Shown here: positions 27,195 to 30,299 of the stretch, one piece after another | How positions within the stretch are numbered: position 1 is the first letter of the stretch | How the letters are laid out: every line of letters starts with the position of its first letter | Assembly (NCBI GenBank): GCA_964447495.1 | Contig: CAYUTF010000030.1 | Coordinates: forward strand, 1 to 30,299 | From: an uncultured archaeon | Lineage (GTDB): Archaea > Asgardarchaeota > Lokiarchaeia > Sigyniarchaeales > SOKP01 | Length of the DNA stretch: 30,299 bases | Direction of reading: 5' to 3' | Translations under genes and position numbers: made by a program | Notes under the pieces: model-generated | The model's database searches: none | What the model saw: the letters and a program-made list of their open reading frames with translations, nothing else | Told to the model about the DNA's origin: nothing

Positions 27195-27716
27195 ATGAAA
27201 TATACACTCATTACAATTGGTTTATTACTAATACTCGGTTTTATTCCCGTAGAAGTGGATATAGATTATCAACACATAGATAATGTGAACGAAGGAATAT
27301 CAACCTTCTTTCTGACGAGCCTTGATGCGGGAGAAAATATCGAAGTGAATATTACTCATACAGGGACTGGAAATTTTACCTTATTCCTCTTCAATCAACG
27401 ACCAATCTATTCTTATGTCAAAATTGATAAAAGTCTTGATAAAGAAATATTTACTGTTGCGATAAATTATAGTTTAGATGATAATCCATATATCAATTAC
27501 ACTGTCGCAGAAACTAAATTATATTATATCCAAATCATATTGCTCAATAGTGGTCCTGATACCTTCTTTTTATATTGTAATCGTGATCTATCAAGATATT
27601 ACATCCCAAGTATTCCCGGATATCAAATATCTATTATCACCGTCTCAATTATCAGCGCATTAGCGCTCCTCCTTATACTTTATAAAAACAAAATGAAACG
27701 AAATAAGCATTCTTAG
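27195..27716 (+). CDS. Small secreted beta-sandwich-like protein with Loki-CTERM-like anchor
   Basis: N-terminal hydrophobic signal; C-terminal IPSIPGY-TM-KNKMKRNK. Confidence 0.78.
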   Translation: MKYTLITIGLLLILGFIPVEVDIDYQHIDNVNEGISTFFLTSLDAGENIEVNITHTGTGNFTLFLFNQRPIYSYVKIDKSLDKEIFTVAINYSLDDNPYINYTVAETKLYYIQIILLNSGPDTFFLYCNRDLSRYYIPSIPGYQISIITVSIISALALLLILYKNKMKRNKHS

Positions 27717-27895
27717 ACAGTTTTATTAAATTTCGCTACCAATGTCAGAAAACGAACATTGGGGATATTTAAATCATTTCCATTTTCATTAATTTTAAAT
27801 TTCATTTAGCAATAGCTAAACTATCAAAATAGTAAATATAATAACCAAAGTGATTCAAAATTTCATTTGATGAAATCAGTAAAAAATTAGCTAAA

Positions 27896-29050
27896 TTGAT
27901 GAAAGAGACTGAGGAAATTGAATTACAGGATGTCGACCTCTTTGCCGAGTATTTGGAATTCCAAATGCTTCCAAGTATCGTACAAGCTGCTGCCCAAGCA
28001 GTTTTACCAGGCATTGGAAAGGCAGAATGGACTCCCACCAAATTCTCCCTTGATTTGGAATTTCCCGGAAAGATTCAAACTATTGAATTTGTCCGTTCAA
28101 ACGGGAAAAGAGCTGTAATCGGTGGAGAAATGGTGCCTCCCTTCTTCAATTTTCTTGGTTTAGATAAAAGAAACCCCCATCCTCCATTAGTTACGTATGA
28201 TGTGTTTGATATGGGGGCTAAAATGATGTTACCGAAACCTATCAAACAAGAATATAGCGATGTATTAGCAAATCCTCCTCAATGGGCAAAATTTGCTGTA
28301 GATAAATTTGGTGCAGAATGCATTACCTTTCACTCATTAGAAATTGACCCAGGTATGGGAGACGCACCCGTTTCCCAATCTGTAAAATATTTAGAGGACA
28401 TCTTGCAAGCTGTCGATGTTCCTGTCATTATTGGTTGTTCGGGTAATAAAGAGAAGGACGTTGAAATGTTTAAAGCGACGGCAGCAGCAGCAGAGAGCGA
28501 GGTATTGATGCTTTCGGCAGCGGATAAGGCCACATGGGAAGATGTAATCCCTCTAGCGGTCAAATACGATCACAACTGCCTCCTCTGGACCAGTCTGGAT
28601 TTAAATAATCAGATAAAAATGAATAAGGATGCTTTAGAATTAGGTTTACCCCCAAATCGAATCGTGATGGACCCCACTTGTGCCACCTTAGGTTATGGAA
28701 TGGAATATTCTTTTAGTATTTACCAGAGAATGCGAATCGCGGGATTATTAGGAGAAACAGACCTAGCTTATCCGATAAGTGGCGGTACAACGAATGCGTG
28801 GGGTGCCCGTGAAGCATGGATGAGTGAGAAGCAAGCACCTGAGTGGGGTCTACGCCAATACAGGGGACCTATATGGGAAGTAATCAATGCTCTTTCATTG
28901 AGTCTTGTAGGATTAGATTTAGCTATGATGTTCCATCCAATCGCAGCAAAGCACGTGAAGGAAATAACAAAGCAATTTTTTGGGGAAATTCCTAAAGTTC
29001 TTGAAGACAAGGGCTATTATGACTGGGTTTCAGCAAAGCTAAAACGTTAA
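27896..29050 (+). CDS. cdhD: CO dehydrogenase/acetyl-CoA synthase complex delta subunit (corrinoid Fe-S protein small subunit); start may be ATT at 27860
   Basis: VIGGE..PFF, DVFD, QAVDVPVIIGCSGNKEKD, IVMDPT..LGYGMEYS, NAWGAREAW, MMFHP. Confidence 0.94.
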   Translation: MMKETEEIELQDVDLFAEYLEFQMLPSIVQAAAQAVLPGIGKAEWTPTKFSLDLEFPGKIQTIEFVRSNGKRAVIGGEMVPPFFNFLGLDKRNPHPPLVTYDVFDMGAKMMLPKPIKQEYSDVLANPPQWAKFAVDKFGAECITFHSLEIDPGMGDAPVSQSVKYLEDILQAVDVPVIIGCSGNKEKDVEMFKATAAAAESEVLMLSAADKATWEDVIPLAVKYDHNCLLWTSLDLNNQIKMNKDALELGLPPNRIVMDPTCATLGYGMEYSFSIYQRMRIAGLLGETDLAYPISGGTTNAWGAREAWMSEKQAPEWGLRQYRGPIWEVINALSLSLVGLDLAMMFHPIAAKHVKEITKQFFGEIPKVLEDKGYYDWVSAKLKR

Positions 29051-29054
29051 TTCA

Positions 29055-29076
29055 TTTTTTTATTATTTTTTTTTTT
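29055..29076 (+). terminator. Oligo-T terminator after cdhD
   Basis: Long T tracts directly after the stop codon. Confidence 0.55.
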
Positions 29077-29105
29077 GAATCTCTTTTGCAAACAACTCGT
29101 ATTTA

Positions 29106-29438
29106 TCAAAAATTTAGAAATGAAGTAAATTTTCGTCCTTGAGCTTCAATAATACATTCTTTACCTCGTGGGCTTATAATTATAATAGCTTTATCTAGAA
29201 TCTCAATAGGGATGCCTTCTTTTGGCAGCACATTATGAAACCAATCAATAATGGATTTATAGTATCTCTTTATATAATCTTCTCCTGAATCAGGGGTAAA
29301 GATACCTGTTTTTAAATCAATAATGATTTCATATTCAGGAGTATAATGATAAAATGGGTCTACCATATATTCTTGGGAATCTTCAGAGGATTCTCTTAAT
29401 ATTTGGTTAACAACTGATTTTAATCTGTTTAATTTCAT
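29106..29438 (-). CDS. Hypothetical protein
   Basis: 110-aa ATG-initiated ORF with globular composition; no motif recognised. Confidence 0.65.
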   Translation of the reverse strand: MKLNRLKSVVNQILRESSEDSQEYMVDPFYHYTPEYEIIIDLKTGIFTPDSGEDYIKRYYKSIIDWFHNVLPKEGIPIEILDKAIIIISPRGKECIIEAQGRKFTSFLNF

Positions 29439-29557
29439 ATAAATTGCTTAAGTTTAATTTCTTGTTTTCTCTTTTTTTATAATATATTCATAAGTAATAT
29501 ATATTCTATTTATGTATACTAGAATGAATAACGTAATTTAATACGGGGGAAATTAGA

Positions 29558-29665
29558 ATGAAATTTATGGGTATATATACTTTAATTCTCACAATCATAG
29601 GAATGTCAGCCCTATTTGTTTTAGGCTTCGCCCTTATATTTTTTGCCAGCTTGTTTTTGTTCTAA
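29558..29665 (+). CDS. Putative 35-aa single-pass membrane peptide (MKFMGIYTLILTIIGMSALFVLGFALIFFASLFLF)
   Basis: Hand translation; GGGGGA upstream of the ATG; almost entirely hydrophobic. Confidence 0.3.
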   Translation: MKFMGIYTLILTIIGMSALFVLGFALIFFASLFLF

Positions 29666-29815
29666 TTAGATTTCTTCTGATAATCTTTCTTCCCTCGTAT
29701 TTCGTTGAATAATACTTTTATTTTCTTTTGTTGAAAGTTCAAATTAACTGTTTTTTTTCTAATTCCTTTAATAACTAGCAAGTCTACGATTTCGGAAATT
29801 ATAAGCTAAAATAAT

Positions 29816-30111
29816 TTAAGTATAAGAATAGATATCAAATGGAATGTTCTTTTTTTCAAACCATTCTTTAAATTCTGAATCATCCTTAAAACACTCTTTT
29901 ATTAAATTTAATAAAATCGAAGAGACTTTATAGCTTTTACCGTTATCCAATATTCATGATCGAAATCACCAAAAAATTCTTTCACTGATTGACCACAATC
30001 GTATCCTGAAAGAACCAGATCACCATTATCCTTAACTTCAACAACAAGACTATGGTGTTCATCTTCTTTTGTCCTATAATTATAAATTGTAATTTTTTTC
30101 ATAAATCTCAT
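29816..30111 (-). pseudogene. Frameshifted hypothetical gene
   Basis: After ...EYWITVKA an alternative frame continues KVSSILLNLIKECFKDDSEFKEWFEKKNIPFDIYSYT* to 29816, consistent with a single-base loss near 29931. Confidence 0.6.
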
Positions 30112-30210
30112 CAAATTTTAGGAGTTAAATAATATTGTCCTTAATAGGCATAAAAATCATTTTTACTTGTCAAATTTATGGAAAAATGGTTATAAAAACC
30201 AAGAAAATTC

Positions 30211-30299
30211 CTAATATTGCTTCAGATAAATCGAAATTATGTCACCATCCTCAATTACGTGATCGAGGTTATCAAACTTTTGACCAGGGTGTTTAGCAG
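30211..30299 (-). CDS. C-terminal TGS domain of a DRG/OBG-family GTP-binding protein (partial)
   Basis: Hand translation AKHPGQKFDNLDHVIEDGDIISIYLKQY* resembles the DRG TGS terminus SAKxPGQxVGLDHVLEDxD(I/V). Confidence 0.8.
   Translation of the reverse strand, partial: AKHPGQKFDNLDHVIEDGDIISIYLKQY

Overview
AT-rich archaeal chromosomal segment, most likely Asgard Lokiarchaeia (inferred from five secreted proteins ending in a Loki-CTERM-like (P/S)G(Y/F)-TM-basic tail, archaeal Cdc48/Hsp20, archaemetzincin and CdhD). The backbone holds a partial MetE-like gene, a heat-shock cluster (hsp20, cdc48, Phr/HSR1-like regulator, HEXXH zincin), a triple-BON protein, an EncFtn-like ferritin, ldh, a polyferredoxin, tRNA-Pro(UGG), archaemetzincin, an ADP-ribosylglycohydrolase, a split DAP lysine cluster (dapA-dapB ... 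lysA-dapF), cdhD and the 3' end of a TGS-domain GTPase. The most striking pattern occurs twice: surface-protein genes sit between an intact housekeeping gene and an unannotated, diverged broken copy of the same gene (archaemetzincin 5' fragment at 11117-11264; dapB fragments at 24409-24590). No integrase is present; a lone PD-(D/E)XK nuclease lies at the edge of the dapB island. Other signals are three candidate AUU start codons behind Shine-Dalgarno motifs, a shared operator-like motif before hsp20 and cdc48, a duplicated promoter module, a MITE-like inverted repeat and a frameshifted gene. All calls are by eye; no searches were run.
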